This document shows, piece by piece, positions 18,848 to 28,600 of a DNA stretch of 64,000 nt. Under the pieces are notes generated by a model that saw only the letters and a list, made by a program, of their open reading frames with translations, was not told where the DNA came from and did no database searches. The position numbers were made by a program, and so were the translations under genes. How positions within the stretch are numbered: the stretch's first letter is position 1; every line of letters starts with the position of its first letter. The stretch spans positions 125,793 through 189,792 of the forward strand of contig PRDH01000044.1 in the NCBI GenBank assembly GCA_003345545.1. The letters are read 5' to 3'. This DNA comes from Candidatus Thorarchaeota archaeon (GTDB taxonomy: Archaea > Asgardarchaeota > Thorarchaeia > Thorarchaeales > Thorarchaeaceae).

Positions 18848-20929
18848 TCACAACTCCAAAGTTGCAGTGCTCCCCAGACCAGCCTTGGCCACTTCAACAA
18901 TGGGAACACCTTCCCATCCCTGCACATCGGTGTGTGTGATCAACAGAATCTGTTCGAAATTGTTGTCATTCATCAGATTGGAAACAACGGACTCTCTACG
19001 AGCCTTATCAAGCCCTCCTAGCGGCTCATCAAGCATCACTGTCTTGACGCGAGGAGTGATGATGGGGCTGTTTTTCAGGGGACGAATTCTGCTCATGGTA
19101 CGGCTAATTCCAAGTCTGAGCGCGAGGCTTATTGCAGTCCTGTCTCCAAAGCTGAGCTGTGAAGTCTTCTTCCACGCTTGGTCGCGTTCATCCCATATCT
19201 TGAGAAGCAGTCCAGCGCCGGAGCGTTTCGTGGCTGGAGTTGGTTCGAGGTCGATGCGTGTGTACTGACCGTTGGTGAAGGACTGAACATACTGATTCGT
19301 TGCACTCCTGATGATGCCAATCAGTCTCTTCTGAAAGACGTAATCTGCGACAAATCCGTTCACAAGATTCCGACGTACGTATTTTGCATGCACATTGAGG
19401 TTCTCCAGTTCCTTTATCTCAGCGCCCATCTGTCGCATCTGGACTTCCTTCCCTTCCAGTTCTGAGATGAGCGTCTGTTCCTTTCGAATGTTCTCTTCGA
19501 TTTCAGAGGTTCCTCTCTTTGCCTCTCGAAGAACAGCTTCCAAGTTGCCAATCTTACTGTGGACTTCCTCAAGCGTTGATACTCCGAACTTCTTGAGGAG
19601 AGATTTCACATCAGGAATGCCTAAAGCCCTAAGCAGGTCCGACAGTTCCTGCTCGGATTTCTTAATGGATAGTCGTATGTTCTGCATATGTTCCTGAATT
19701 GACTTTATCTTCTCCAACGCATTGGTGGAGAGAGCGATGGCTGACAGCCTCTGCTCGAGCTTCTTGACTTCGATTATCTTCAGCTTCCGCTCTTTGTCAA
19801 GCTCTTTAGCACTTAATTCACCATCACGCAATGACTTCTTGTAATTGGATACAAGACTGTCACGCTCCTTCGCTGACAGAGGTTTCGAGCAGGTTGGGCA
19901 TATCGCTTCATCCTTGCCATCACGAGTTCTAGTGAGCATGTCTATTTTCTCATTCAGATCTTCGTGCATCCCGGTGACCTTGCCCATCTTCTCAGAGATG
20001 CCTGTCACATCAGCATTCAGGCTCTCCCGCTCTGAGTCTACTCGCTCCTTCTCTCTCTTGAGTGATTCTGAACGTGCTTCGATGATTGCAGCTTCAGCAT
20101 CGAGTATGCCTGCCTGCGGGAGGTTCGTGTCAATCTCTTTCTGACTGAGATCAAGTTCATGTTCTTTCTTCTCGATCTCATCAGATATTCTGCTGACTGT
20201 TTTCAGTGTGGCACTATCAGGAATACCCCTTAGCTGCTTCTCAACTGAGACTATCTCTTTACTCCGGCTCTTTATCGATGCCTCATAGTCCTTGATTCGT
20301 GCCCTATTTTGACCTATCTGCTCCTTGATATCCTCAGGTGACCGATAGTCATCACGGAGATTCTTGATTCTCGTATCAAGATTCGACTCGAAATTCTCAA
20401 GATGACTGGACATGCGATTGAGCAGCTCAATATCATAGATTTCAACCAAGAGATTTCGAAGCGCCACAGGACCTGCTGTAGATATCGTTGCAACCTCGCC
20501 CTGGCGGACCAAGAGCGTGTTCTGGGCCTGCTTCCACTCCAAGCCTAGAATCTCGTCTATCTTCGCTGCAACAGACTGAGTCTTGTCGGCAATTCTCTTC
20601 CAAGCACGCCCAGACTTTATGTAGAGTACTGCATTTGTCTTGTCTGCAGAACTGTATGACCTCTCTATCTTATACTGCGCTCCTACCACATCAAATGTCA
20701 GAGTGGCACTGCAGAATGTCGAACTGAAACTGACGAGTTCGTCATTATTCAGTCCCAGGGCGTCCGAGCCCCACAGAGCCCAGAGTATCGACTCAAGAAG
20801 AGATGACTTTCCAGTAGAGTTTGGCCCTCGTATGATTATGAGCCCATTTGGGAGATTAGATTCGTCACTCGGCAGAGTTAGCTCCCGAAATGGCTTGAAA
20901 TTGTGGACCTCTATCTTCAAGAGCTTCAT
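18848..20929 (-). CDS. rad50: Rad50/SbcC-type SMC ATPase
   Basis: Walker A GPNSTGKSS, Q-loop VRQGE, coiled coils, zinc hook CPTC, signature LSFGD, Walker B LDEP and ITH. Confidence 0.9.
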   Translation of the reverse strand: MKLLKIEVHNFKPFRELTLPSDESNLPNGLIIIRGPNSTGKSSLLESILWALWGSDALGLNNDELVSFSSTFCSATLTFDVVGAQYKIERSYSSADKTNAVLYIKSGRAWKRIADKTQSVAAKIDEILGLEWKQAQNTLLVRQGEVATISTAGPVALRNLLVEIYDIELLNRMSSHLENFESNLDTRIKNLRDDYRSPEDIKEQIGQNRARIKDYEASIKSRSKEIVSVEKQLRGIPDSATLKTVSRISDEIEKKEHELDLSQKEIDTNLPQAGILDAEAAIIEARSESLKREKERVDSERESLNADVTGISEKMGKVTGMHEDLNEKIDMLTRTRDGKDEAICPTCSKPLSAKERDSLVSNYKKSLRDGELSAKELDKERKLKIIEVKKLEQRLSAIALSTNALEKIKSIQEHMQNIRLSIKKSEQELSDLLRALGIPDVKSLLKKFGVSTLEEVHSKIGNLEAVLREAKRGTSEIEENIRKEQTLISELEGKEVQMRQMGAEIKELENLNVHAKYVRRNLVNGFVADYVFQKRLIGIIRSATNQYVQSFTNGQYTRIDLEPTPATKRSGAGLLLKIWDERDQAWKKTSQLSFGDRTAISLALRLGISRTMSRIRPLKNSPIITPRVKTVMLDEPLGGLDKARRESVVSNLMNDNNFEQILLITHTDVQGWEGVPIVEVAKAGLGSTATLEL

Positions 20930-22236
20930 GGATCATCCCTCGTGAGCGACTCGGAAGTCATCTTCCCATCTCTAGTACCGACTGAGAACTCAAGAGAAGT
21001 AACTGCAATCTTGGTGAGTATATCGAGATCTAGACTCTTGTCGACATCCAGCGTACTGAGATAGTCACGAAAGTCCTTTTCTGGGTCCTCAATTAAATAC
21101 TCGGACTCAATCTCAGGGTATGATGCTGCAGCGTACTCAGAATCGACTGATTCTTTGGTGGACCAGACAAACTGAGCTACATTGTACTCAGAGTCCTGCG
21201 ATAGCACCCTCAACCTGAAGGTTTCAAGAGCCACGCCTAGATCAAAAGCACCCACTCGGCTTGAGCCGCCCTCTAGGACAATACGAACTCGTGCGGCAGT
21301 GTGCGGGTCCCAAGGAGCAATGAGACCCTCCTCAGAGAACCAAGCGCGTAGTTTCTCCGTGACGGACTCAGCTGTATCATCCTCAGCCAACACTATCTTC
21401 TCATTCAGTACAGGACGAACAAACTCCAAGATGTGTGGAGTGACAACCGGGTCTTCATTGACCTTGATATCGACGACTAGAAATCCCTTCTTATGCTCGG
21501 ATTCGTCGAACCGCCATCTCTCAGGACAACCTGCATACCATGCCTTTTGCGACTGTTTCGCCTGTTTATGGTCGTGACCGAGAGCTATGTAGTCATAGTG
21601 CATGCTGAACACTACGTTGTAGAGAGTCTTGTCCAAATCCATACCGTGAGCAACGCCAACTGCTGGTCGCAGGCGCTCTCGCTTCTGCTGGGTAAGAATC
21701 CAATCATCAAACCTAGGAAGCATGCCTGACGACCGCAGCACTTCATGATCGATGAAGGGAAAGCAAAACACATCGAGCTTCTCATAGGAGTACGATAGTG
21801 GCTTATCCTCACGAATTGCGGCCTTGATGTCTTGTTGGGTTGCGACATCCAATCCCGGCACTGCCATCTTGAGGCTATCCAAGAGGGAAACCTCAAGCAG
21901 TCTATAGAGACCGTGATTGCCCTCGATTATTAGAACAGGAATGTGTGTCTTCTTGATGAAGCCTTGAAGCACCGATATTGCAGTTTCCTGAGCAACAACA
22001 GGGGGTTGCGACGGGTTACCCTCCCATGGGGAGTTGTAGAGGTCACCTGAGTGGACTACCAAGTCGACAGGGGGGTCGAGTGCAGCAATTCTCTCGAAGA
22101 TCTCAGTAAATCGCTCATAGAAGTCATTCTCCAAGAGCTGAGTTCTCATCTCCTGGCCCCATACATTGGGGCGAACACCATCCCGAGGTCGGGCTCCCAG
22201 ATGGGTGTCAGAGATGTGAGCGATTCGAGCGGACAT
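20926..22236 (-). CDS. mre11: Mre11/SbcD-type phosphoesterase nuclease
   Basis: HISDTHLG, HSGDLY, GNHG, YIALGHDH and YAGCPER. Overlaps the rad50 start (ATGA). Confidence 0.9.
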   Translation of the reverse strand: MSARIAHISDTHLGARPRDGVRPNVWGQEMRTQLLENDFYERFTEIFERIAALDPPVDLVVHSGDLYNSPWEGNPSQPPVVAQETAISVLQGFIKKTHIPVLIIEGNHGLYRLLEVSLLDSLKMAVPGLDVATQQDIKAAIREDKPLSYSYEKLDVFCFPFIDHEVLRSSGMLPRFDDWILTQQKRERLRPAVGVAHGMDLDKTLYNVVFSMHYDYIALGHDHKQAKQSQKAWYAGCPERWRFDESEHKKGFLVVDIKVNEDPVVTPHILEFVRPVLNEKIVLAEDDTAESVTEKLRAWFSEEGLIAPWDPHTAARVRIVLEGGSSRVGAFDLGVALETFRLRVLSQDSEYNVAQFVWSTKESVDSEYAAASYPEIESEYLIEDPEKDFRDYLSTLDVDKSLDLDILTKIAVTSLEFSVGTRDGKMTSESLTRDDP

Positions 22237-22245
22237 TAGCAGGCC

Positions 22246-24018
22246 TCATATGATATGCTCTTCTGTCTTCTTTGGCTTAGCATCCTTGTATCTATGCTTA
22301 TCCTTTTCATAGATATCATTGAAAAAGGGAATCCGAACTGGCAAGGGCAGTTCCCGATACGATGCTGTGAGAATGGCCTCACCACGAGCCATAACTCGAA
22401 ATTCGCTCTCAAAGCCAGAGATGTTCACACTGGCATTATCAATGCACGCCTTTATCTCACGTTCATTTCCCAGCCTGAGATTGATCTCGGTGTTCATCTG
22501 ACTTAGGATGACATTATCGAGAACGCTGACTTGCTGACTCACGACTAGGAGGCCAATGTTGAACTTACGTCCCTGACGAGATATGTCCTTGAACACAGAC
22601 TGCCCCCGCATCAACTCAGGATTCAGAATGGTTGGCGCCTCCTCTACAGTGACCTGAATCACAGGAAGCGACCTAGGGTCACGGACCTCGGCACTATCCC
22701 TTCCGCCGCCCTTACTATAGAACGCGCGAGCCCGTTCTTTCACCCGGTTGAAGAAACTCCTTGGAAGCCGCATCTCACCCTGACGTTCAAAGTCACCAAG
22801 ATTGCCACTGCTCTTTAGAGCTCGACGCATGTCCGACAGGGTGCGCGTGACTACTGTGGTGAGTAAGAACTGCTCTTGGTCGCCCATGAGGCTTGTGTTG
22901 ACAACAAGAATGCGACCGGTTTCCATGGCGCAATAGATGTCCTCAAGTATGGAGCTGCCTTCTCTGATGAAAATCGGAGAGCGTTCCAAGAATCTCAACC
23001 TGCGTTTTACTGCTCTGAGGGTCCCCTGTGAGTCATCACTGCTTTCATCCATATCGATTATTGTAGCTATCCAATCCTCATTGGAACCACCATTATACTG
23101 TGCGTCAATGAACGACGACATCTGCGGAGAGAACTCCATGATTGAATAGAGGTCTCTTGGCTGAATCTCAGACCATAGAATGCGAATCTCACGAGCATAC
23201 CTGCCAATTTCGCGGACAGTCGCGCTTCTGTGCGTCGTCAGATAGTAGAACTCGCCGATTACCTCGGAGCGCATTTTGTCGCTCATGTCCTCCACAATGT
23301 TTTGAATGCCAATATTGTCAACACCCTTTGCAAACTCATCATGGGGATCGATACAGAACGCCGAAACTCTGGTGCTTTTCCTATTTGGATTGCGGGCTGC
23401 ATCAAGGTTCGTGTCGATCATTGACTTGATGAGAACCATCATGAGATTGCTCTTTCCTGAACCGGTCGACCCGAAGATGCCGACATGCATGGGCAAATAC
23501 TTGCACGGGATTCTAACAGGCACATCCAGAGTGTCTTCTCCGACCTGCAGGTCGCCAACGACGATCTCTCCGTCCGTCTGACATTCAAGCATTTCACGTA
23601 CAGACTCGTCAGAGAGGCCGGGCATCGGGCGGTACACCGAGGCCAGATGGTCCGGCATGCGCCGCGGGGCCTTGAAAGTCCACTCTCCCTTCTTGTCCTT
23701 TTCCGCAAATCCAAGCATTCTTCCGCCAACTGAGAGGAGCATGTTGCGTTCAATACCTGAGAGATAAGCATCTCCTTCAACCATGAGTGTGCTTGCGACT
23801 CGGGATATATCATCTACTTGTCGAAGGTAGTTTTCTAAGTCCAAGACTCTGAAGAAGAATACCCGCTCGTGGTCATCACGTTTGGAATAGATCATGAATA
23901 TCTCGCCCACACTTATGTCGCGGTTATTCCCCATTATGCCGAGGGAAGTCTGATTTCCCACCCCGACCTTTCCATAGAGTTCACCCAGTTTTTCTCTATC
24001 CAAATCCATTACTATCAT
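22246..24018 (-). CDS. herA: HerA helicase/translocase
   Basis: HVGIFGSTGSGKS, DPHDEF, EEAP and RQGRKF; located between nurA and mre11. Confidence 0.9.
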   Translation of the reverse strand: MIVMDLDREKLGELYGKVGVGNQTSLGIMGNNRDISVGEIFMIYSKRDDHERVFFFRVLDLENYLRQVDDISRVASTLMVEGDAYLSGIERNMLLSVGGRMLGFAEKDKKGEWTFKAPRRMPDHLASVYRPMPGLSDESVREMLECQTDGEIVVGDLQVGEDTLDVPVRIPCKYLPMHVGIFGSTGSGKSNLMMVLIKSMIDTNLDAARNPNRKSTRVSAFCIDPHDEFAKGVDNIGIQNIVEDMSDKMRSEVIGEFYYLTTHRSATVREIGRYAREIRILWSEIQPRDLYSIMEFSPQMSSFIDAQYNGGSNEDWIATIIDMDESSDDSQGTLRAVKRRLRFLERSPIFIREGSSILEDIYCAMETGRILVVNTSLMGDQEQFLLTTVVTRTLSDMRRALKSSGNLGDFERQGEMRLPRSFFNRVKERARAFYSKGGGRDSAEVRDPRSLPVIQVTVEEAPTILNPELMRGQSVFKDISRQGRKFNIGLLVVSQQVSVLDNVILSQMNTEINLRLGNEREIKACIDNASVNISGFESEFRVMARGEAILTASYRELPLPVRIPFFNDIYEKDKHRYKDAKPKKTEEHII

Positions 24019-24027
24019 CTCACATTA

Positions 24028-25320
24028 TCATAGGTTGTAGTCAGTCCTCAATGATTCCGTCTTACGATCATCGAATCCTAATTCCAGACGCACGTCTCGC
24101 GCTATCTCTTTGGCAAGACGAAGGTCCTCGAAGCTTAGTTTGCAGTTCTCATGAGCTAGAGCGAGAGCGACAGGATAACCGTACCACCGAGCGTCTCTAG
24201 ACATGAACTCAAGCTCTCTGAAGAGTGCCAATTCATTCTCTCGCGTTGCCTGTGGGTCGCCATCAACGAAGATATTCTCTGACCACCAGACTCTATCAAA
24301 ATCGATTCGCGATGGTCTGTTGTCCCTTGAGAAACTATAGAGATAGGGAACAGCTAGAATCGGAGGGATGTATGCTCTGTCCTCAATGATATGGAGACCG
24401 CCACCAGGATCTTCTTTGGAAGGAAGATGGCAGAACCATTTTGCACCCTCTCCCAGCTCTTCCTTCGCTACACTCGCAATACGATGAGCAAAGGGAATTG
24501 TGTGATTCTTGCTTACTGCACATAGAATCACTTCCTTTCGACGAGCAAGAGAACAGAGGTCTCTAAGCATGAATCCACTAGGCATTGAGGGATAATGCCT
24601 GACGAAGTGCATGAAGATCGACATGGCACCGTCCAGTAACAGGTACTTCGGGCACAGGTCACTCTCAAGAAGGCGACGTGCTGCCGCATATTCGCTGACT
24701 TTTCTCAGCTCCTCATGGACTGCTGCATTTGTCAGGGTCTGTGTGCGTGAGATGAGTGACCTCATCACTTGAAGACGCGATCCAAACGGCGCGAACTCAG
24801 TGTCTGAAATATCTGTGATTGAAGATATCTTGCCACCTGTATAGTCACAGAAGAAGGGGAGGATAAGGCTGACCATATCTTTCAAGGGGTAAATCTCAGC
24901 CAACGATTCAGCCATCTTTTCTCTGGCATCATTTCTCACACTGGAATGCCAGTGCACATCGATATGGGGTTGTTCTCCAATCTCGCTCTCAACAGTGGCA
25001 CGGTCCACCATTGAAAATAATGACTCACGTTGAGTGTCGGTATTGAGCACTATAGTCGATGTACTCAATAGATGAACACGAATGTCATCAAGAGTAACAA
25101 GACTCTCTGTTCCTGAGCCATCGACAGCTGCGACCAGAAAATCTTCACTCAGAACAGTATCCGAGGGAAATGCGTGAATTCTGGCAAGCAACTTCTCCCG
25201 GATTCGTGCTTCATCCTTAACGAATTCAGCCTCATCTCTGCGATCCTGCTGATTATTGATGTCTGAAAACACAAGTTTCAGAGTGTTCCTGAACTTCTCA
25301 GCAAGTATCTTCTCAAGCAT
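24028..25320 (-). CDS. nurA: NurA 5'-3' nuclease
   Basis: AAVDGSG, LLLDG, VSK and GYPVALALAH. Start placed at MLEKI. Confidence 0.85.
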   Translation of the reverse strand: MLEKILAEKFRNTLKLVFSDINNQQDRRDEAEFVKDEARIREKLLARIHAFPSDTVLSEDFLVAAVDGSGTESLVTLDDIRVHLLSTSTIVLNTDTQRESLFSMVDRATVESEIGEQPHIDVHWHSSVRNDAREKMAESLAEIYPLKDMVSLILPFFCDYTGGKISSITDISDTEFAPFGSRLQVMRSLISRTQTLTNAAVHEELRKVSEYAAARRLLESDLCPKYLLLDGAMSIFMHFVRHYPSMPSGFMLRDLCSLARRKEVILCAVSKNHTIPFAHRIASVAKEELGEGAKWFCHLPSKEDPGGGLHIIEDRAYIPPILAVPYLYSFSRDNRPSRIDFDRVWWSENIFVDGDPQATRENELALFRELEFMSRDARWYGYPVALALAHENCKLSFEDLRLAKEIARDVRLELGFDDRKTESLRTDYNL

Positions 25321-25561
25321 GGTATCGACACTCTCCGCCGAATGGCAAGAACGCAGAGTCCTATGATTCGTTGTCTTGACCGAGTCATAAAAAGCTAGCA
25401 CTCGACCCTGAAGAGAGTCCTCTAGATGGAGAAAACCGCGCCGGATTACGGGGCAGATATGTATAGAGTCGCAATTTCCTTTTAAGGAACCATCACAACG
25501 GTTCAATGACAGAGGCAGTTCTGGCGCGACCGTGCTAGTGAAACTGACGGGAAGTGATCGT

Positions 25562-26257
25562 TTGCTGAACATCACCTACTTTGGACACACATCATTTGCA
25601 TTAGAATCAAAGGGGACAGTAGTTCTACTTAATCCAGGAATCTGGAAGAAGGAACCAATAGTCCCGAATGATTTTAGCGCGAGAGTGGTGGTGGCAACAA
25701 ACAAGGAAGATGATGCATTAGGAAACGCAAGCACAATATCTGTGAACTCAAAGGCGTGGTTCCTTGGCAACAAGGAGGCCGTAGAGAAGGCTACTGCACA
25801 GGGTGTTAAACCCTGGCTTCTTCATGTTCTTGAGAATGAGGTTCCCTATGAGATACCCAATGTCCGTTTCGTCCCCTATGCTCTCTCAAGGATTGACGAA
25901 ACGAAAGGTGGACATATTGGTAATCTCGGTCTCATGATTCAGATTGGAGGCATGAAAGTTGGCTATCTGGGGGATACAGCAATTCGCGGCCCATTCGAGC
26001 ATCTAGAAATGGATATCCTCATCACTCCTATCGGGGGAGGAGCCACATTTCCAGTGAAGGATGCGGTGAGTCTTTGCATAGACAGTAAGCCGCGTATCAG
26101 CATACCAATGCGATGGACTTCAGATGAACAGCCTGTCAAATTCTCAAAGTATCTTGAGCAGTTTGGACAGGGAATCAAGGCAGTAGTGATGATGCCAAAC
26201 CAGAAACTCACAGCTCAGTGGGCAGCAGGTAACGAGTTTAGATACGAGCTAAACTGA
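25562..26257 (+). CDS. Metallo-beta-lactamase-fold protein (UPF0173-like) with degenerate metal ligands
   Basis: ITYFGHTSF, YLGDT, PIGG and IPM are present, but THxHxDH is replaced by TNKEDDA. Confidence 0.75.
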   Translation: MLNITYFGHTSFALESKGTVVLLNPGIWKKEPIVPNDFSARVVVATNKEDDALGNASTISVNSKAWFLGNKEAVEKATAQGVKPWLLHVLENEVPYEIPNVRFVPYALSRIDETKGGHIGNLGLMIQIGGMKVGYLGDTAIRGPFEHLEMDILITPIGGGATFPVKDAVSLCIDSKPRISIPMRWTSDEQPVKFSKYLEQFGQGIKAVVMMPNQKLTAQWAAGNEFRYELN

Positions 26258-26333
26258 TATTCTCCGTTTGAGTCAGTACGGAAGGCAGAAGATTCCCTGA
26301 ATCGGTGAGCATATGACAAAGGGTGTGCATTAG

Positions 26334-28121
26334 ATGGGTGACAATGATAAGAAGAATGTGATTATTGACCTCGAAGAGTCCGAAAAAGCTCAACTTGGTA
26401 GACTTAGCGAACTCGAGAACGTTGAAACCTCAGGAGTTCTGAGCGTCATCAATACGTCAAAGAGGTGCCGTATTTGGAATGTGAAGGTACACCTTGGCAA
26501 CTCTCGTGGTAACACTGATATCGGCAAAGAACCACTCGCAGCAGGAGAAATTGATATTGGTGGAAAATGGGAGAAGCGATACAAGGTAACAACGCGTGCA
26601 CCAATGGTGACTCTCTCAGAGATTTATGATACCTGCGGAGACCTTGAGACTGAAGGACCTCACTGGGCATATGTCAGCGGCAAAGATAACCAGGTGAAAA
26701 TCAAGATATCCATCAAGAATGAAACCGATGGAGAAATCGATAACATTATTCTCAACAAGACTATTCCACCGGAATTATCAGATATTGAAATCCTCTCAGC
26801 AAAGTCAGGTAAGGCAGAGTACGATGAAGGCACCAAACAGATTGTCTGGAAGGACTTTGTCATCTACCCACACGAAGACACAACCCTTGTCATCAAAGCG
26901 ACAGGAAGAGTGGAGAGTACTGATTTAAGGAGTGGAGGCGAAATCGTCCTTACCTACAGGGGAGAAGGACAGCAGAGATCAGTCTTAGATCCCGCTCTCA
27001 CAGCGCTCACTGAGTTTCTGATGGGAATTGAAACTGCTGAAACAAAACCGAATCAGTGGGAGTGCACGCTCGAATGCTCTAACGAGAGCGACCTGATAGT
27101 GCGACTTGACAAGGCTGTAGTCTTCGTGACACCTGAAGGCGGTGGCGAAAAGAAGAAGATGCTCAATGCATCACCCTCCGTAGAGATGGCACCAAATCAA
27201 CAATGGAAAGCCTCCTTCAAGGTGGCGAGCCAGAATACTCCAAAATGCAAACAGGACCTCCTCTACACGCCCGTCAGTGTTGTTACCAAGAGAGTGCTTG
27301 GCACAATTGAGAAGTCGCCTCAGATGGTGTCGGTGTGTAAGATTGATTGCACAAAGACATTCGACCCGCCTTCTGTGAGCAGCTTCGACAAGACCCCGGT
27401 TGAAGTCACTATCGAGATGACCAATACTGGAACAGCTCGATTCAATGAGATTGTCATCACGGATAACCTCCCAGACGACGTCATGCCTCCTACGAGTGAG
27501 CATGTTACGGTTTGGATCAAGGGAAAGAAGTACACCGGGCCATATGAATTCATCATTGATCCCAAGAACCAAGACCCCGAAAAGCAACACAAAATCACAT
27601 TCAAGGTCGAAGGTCTGAAGGACTCCGTAGGTGAACTAGAGCCTGGTGAGAGTGTCAAGATCAACTATGCAGTGATGGCATGGAGAAACAGACCTGAGAA
27701 GGAATATCCCTCACCGATTACCTGTGGCGCAAACACATACCCTGCTGGAATTCAGACCGAGATCAGCAGTCCCAAGGATGGCTACAAGCTTGGTGTCATC
27801 TACAAGAAACGTGCAATCTCGACGAAGAAGGCTATCAACAAGGGTTCGAGCGCAGGGCAATATGTCGTGGTACTCGTTGTGTCAAACAATGGAGAAGTGA
27901 CAGCAGAGAATATCCAGATGACTGATTGGATACCTGCCGCATTCGAGTATGTTTCTACTGAACCTGAGGATGATCAGCCCGTTCTGGCAAAGGTGTCTGA
28001 TGGGACCAACATGGTCTGGAACTGGGCACGCATGAATCCTGGCGACCAAAAGAAAATCAAGGTCTCTGTGCAGGGTGAGGGCGAGTATGAGCGCCGTGAG
28101 CCTGAAGTGACTTCAATCTAG
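26334..28121 (+). CDS. All-beta cytosolic protein: mu-adaptin homology (MHD)-like N-terminus plus DUF11/Ig-like repeats
   Basis: No signal peptide or TM segment. The N-terminal strand pattern is like adaptin mu C-terminal domains, followed by NTG..ITDNLP and V.NNG....TDWIP..FEYVS Ig-like units. Confidence 0.65.
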   Translation: MGDNDKKNVIIDLEESEKAQLGRLSELENVETSGVLSVINTSKRCRIWNVKVHLGNSRGNTDIGKEPLAAGEIDIGGKWEKRYKVTTRAPMVTLSEIYDTCGDLETEGPHWAYVSGKDNQVKIKISIKNETDGEIDNIILNKTIPPELSDIEILSAKSGKAEYDEGTKQIVWKDFVIYPHEDTTLVIKATGRVESTDLRSGGEIVLTYRGEGQQRSVLDPALTALTEFLMGIETAETKPNQWECTLECSNESDLIVRLDKAVVFVTPEGGGEKKKMLNASPSVEMAPNQQWKASFKVASQNTPKCKQDLLYTPVSVVTKRVLGTIEKSPQMVSVCKIDCTKTFDPPSVSSFDKTPVEVTIEMTNTGTARFNEIVITDNLPDDVMPPTSEHVTVWIKGKKYTGPYEFIIDPKNQDPEKQHKITFKVEGLKDSVGELEPGESVKINYAVMAWRNRPEKEYPSPITCGANTYPAGIQTEISSPKDGYKLGVIYKKRAISTKKAINKGSSAGQYVVVLVVSNNGEVTAENIQMTDWIPAAFEYVSTEPEDDQPVLAKVSDGTNMVWNWARMNPGDQKKIKVSVQGEGEYERREPEVTSI

Positions 28122-28131
28122 TTTCTTCGCT

Positions 28132-28174
28132 ATGATGAGTAGGCACTGGGTTTCAGCCCGGTGTCTATTCAGAG
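28132..28174 (+). terminator. 14-bp hairpin in the 3' UTR between convergent genes
   Basis: GAGUAGGCACUGGG/CCCGGUGUCUAUUC with G-U pairs that favour the + strand, flanked by AUGAU and AGAG. Confidence 0.55.
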
Positions 28175-28184
28175 TCTACTCCTC

Positions 28185-28523
28185 TTACTCTCGCTCTATT
28201 TCTTCGAGCTCTTTTCTTGTTTCTGCAAGCGCAGCATCAATATCCTCTAGTGGTATGTAGTCCTCTTCTTCCTCAGGCTTGTGAGTGTCTAACCTGTACA
28301 GTACCTTGAAACCGTTCAGTGTCTTATGGATTGCATCTGCAATCTCCACGATTACAGTCCCAAGTTTTGACTCCTTGAGTTCTTCATCGGTATGTTCGTA
28401 TACAAAATCATATGCTCCCTTGACCGGTTTGAAACCCAATTGGAGCAGTTTATGCACTACTCTTGATGGTGATGCACCTTCACTATAGAACCAGACTTGG
28501 ACATGTGTAACATACCTAGACAT
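28185..28523 (-). CDS. Small conserved-looking hypothetical protein
   Basis: SEGASPS.V..KL..LGFKPVKGAYDFVY alpha/beta pattern with an acidic helical tail. Confidence 0.7.
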   Translation of the reverse strand: MSRYVTHVQVWFYSEGASPSRVVHKLLQLGFKPVKGAYDFVYEHTDEELKESKLGTVIVEIADAIHKTLNGFKVLYRLDTHKPEEEEDYIPLEDIDAALAETRKELEEIERE

Positions 28524-28600
28524 GATTGACAACCTCATCTTGGCCGGATACAGGCCTCGCTCTGCACCTGACATATGACTTCTGCTATTAGTCTTTCGAC

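Noticed and set aside
28132-28174. SECIS-like AUGA...GA hairpin
   Set aside because: There is no apical AA motif and no in-frame UGA in the upstream gene; both thioredoxins are plain CGPC. Kept only as a K-turn-like hairpin.
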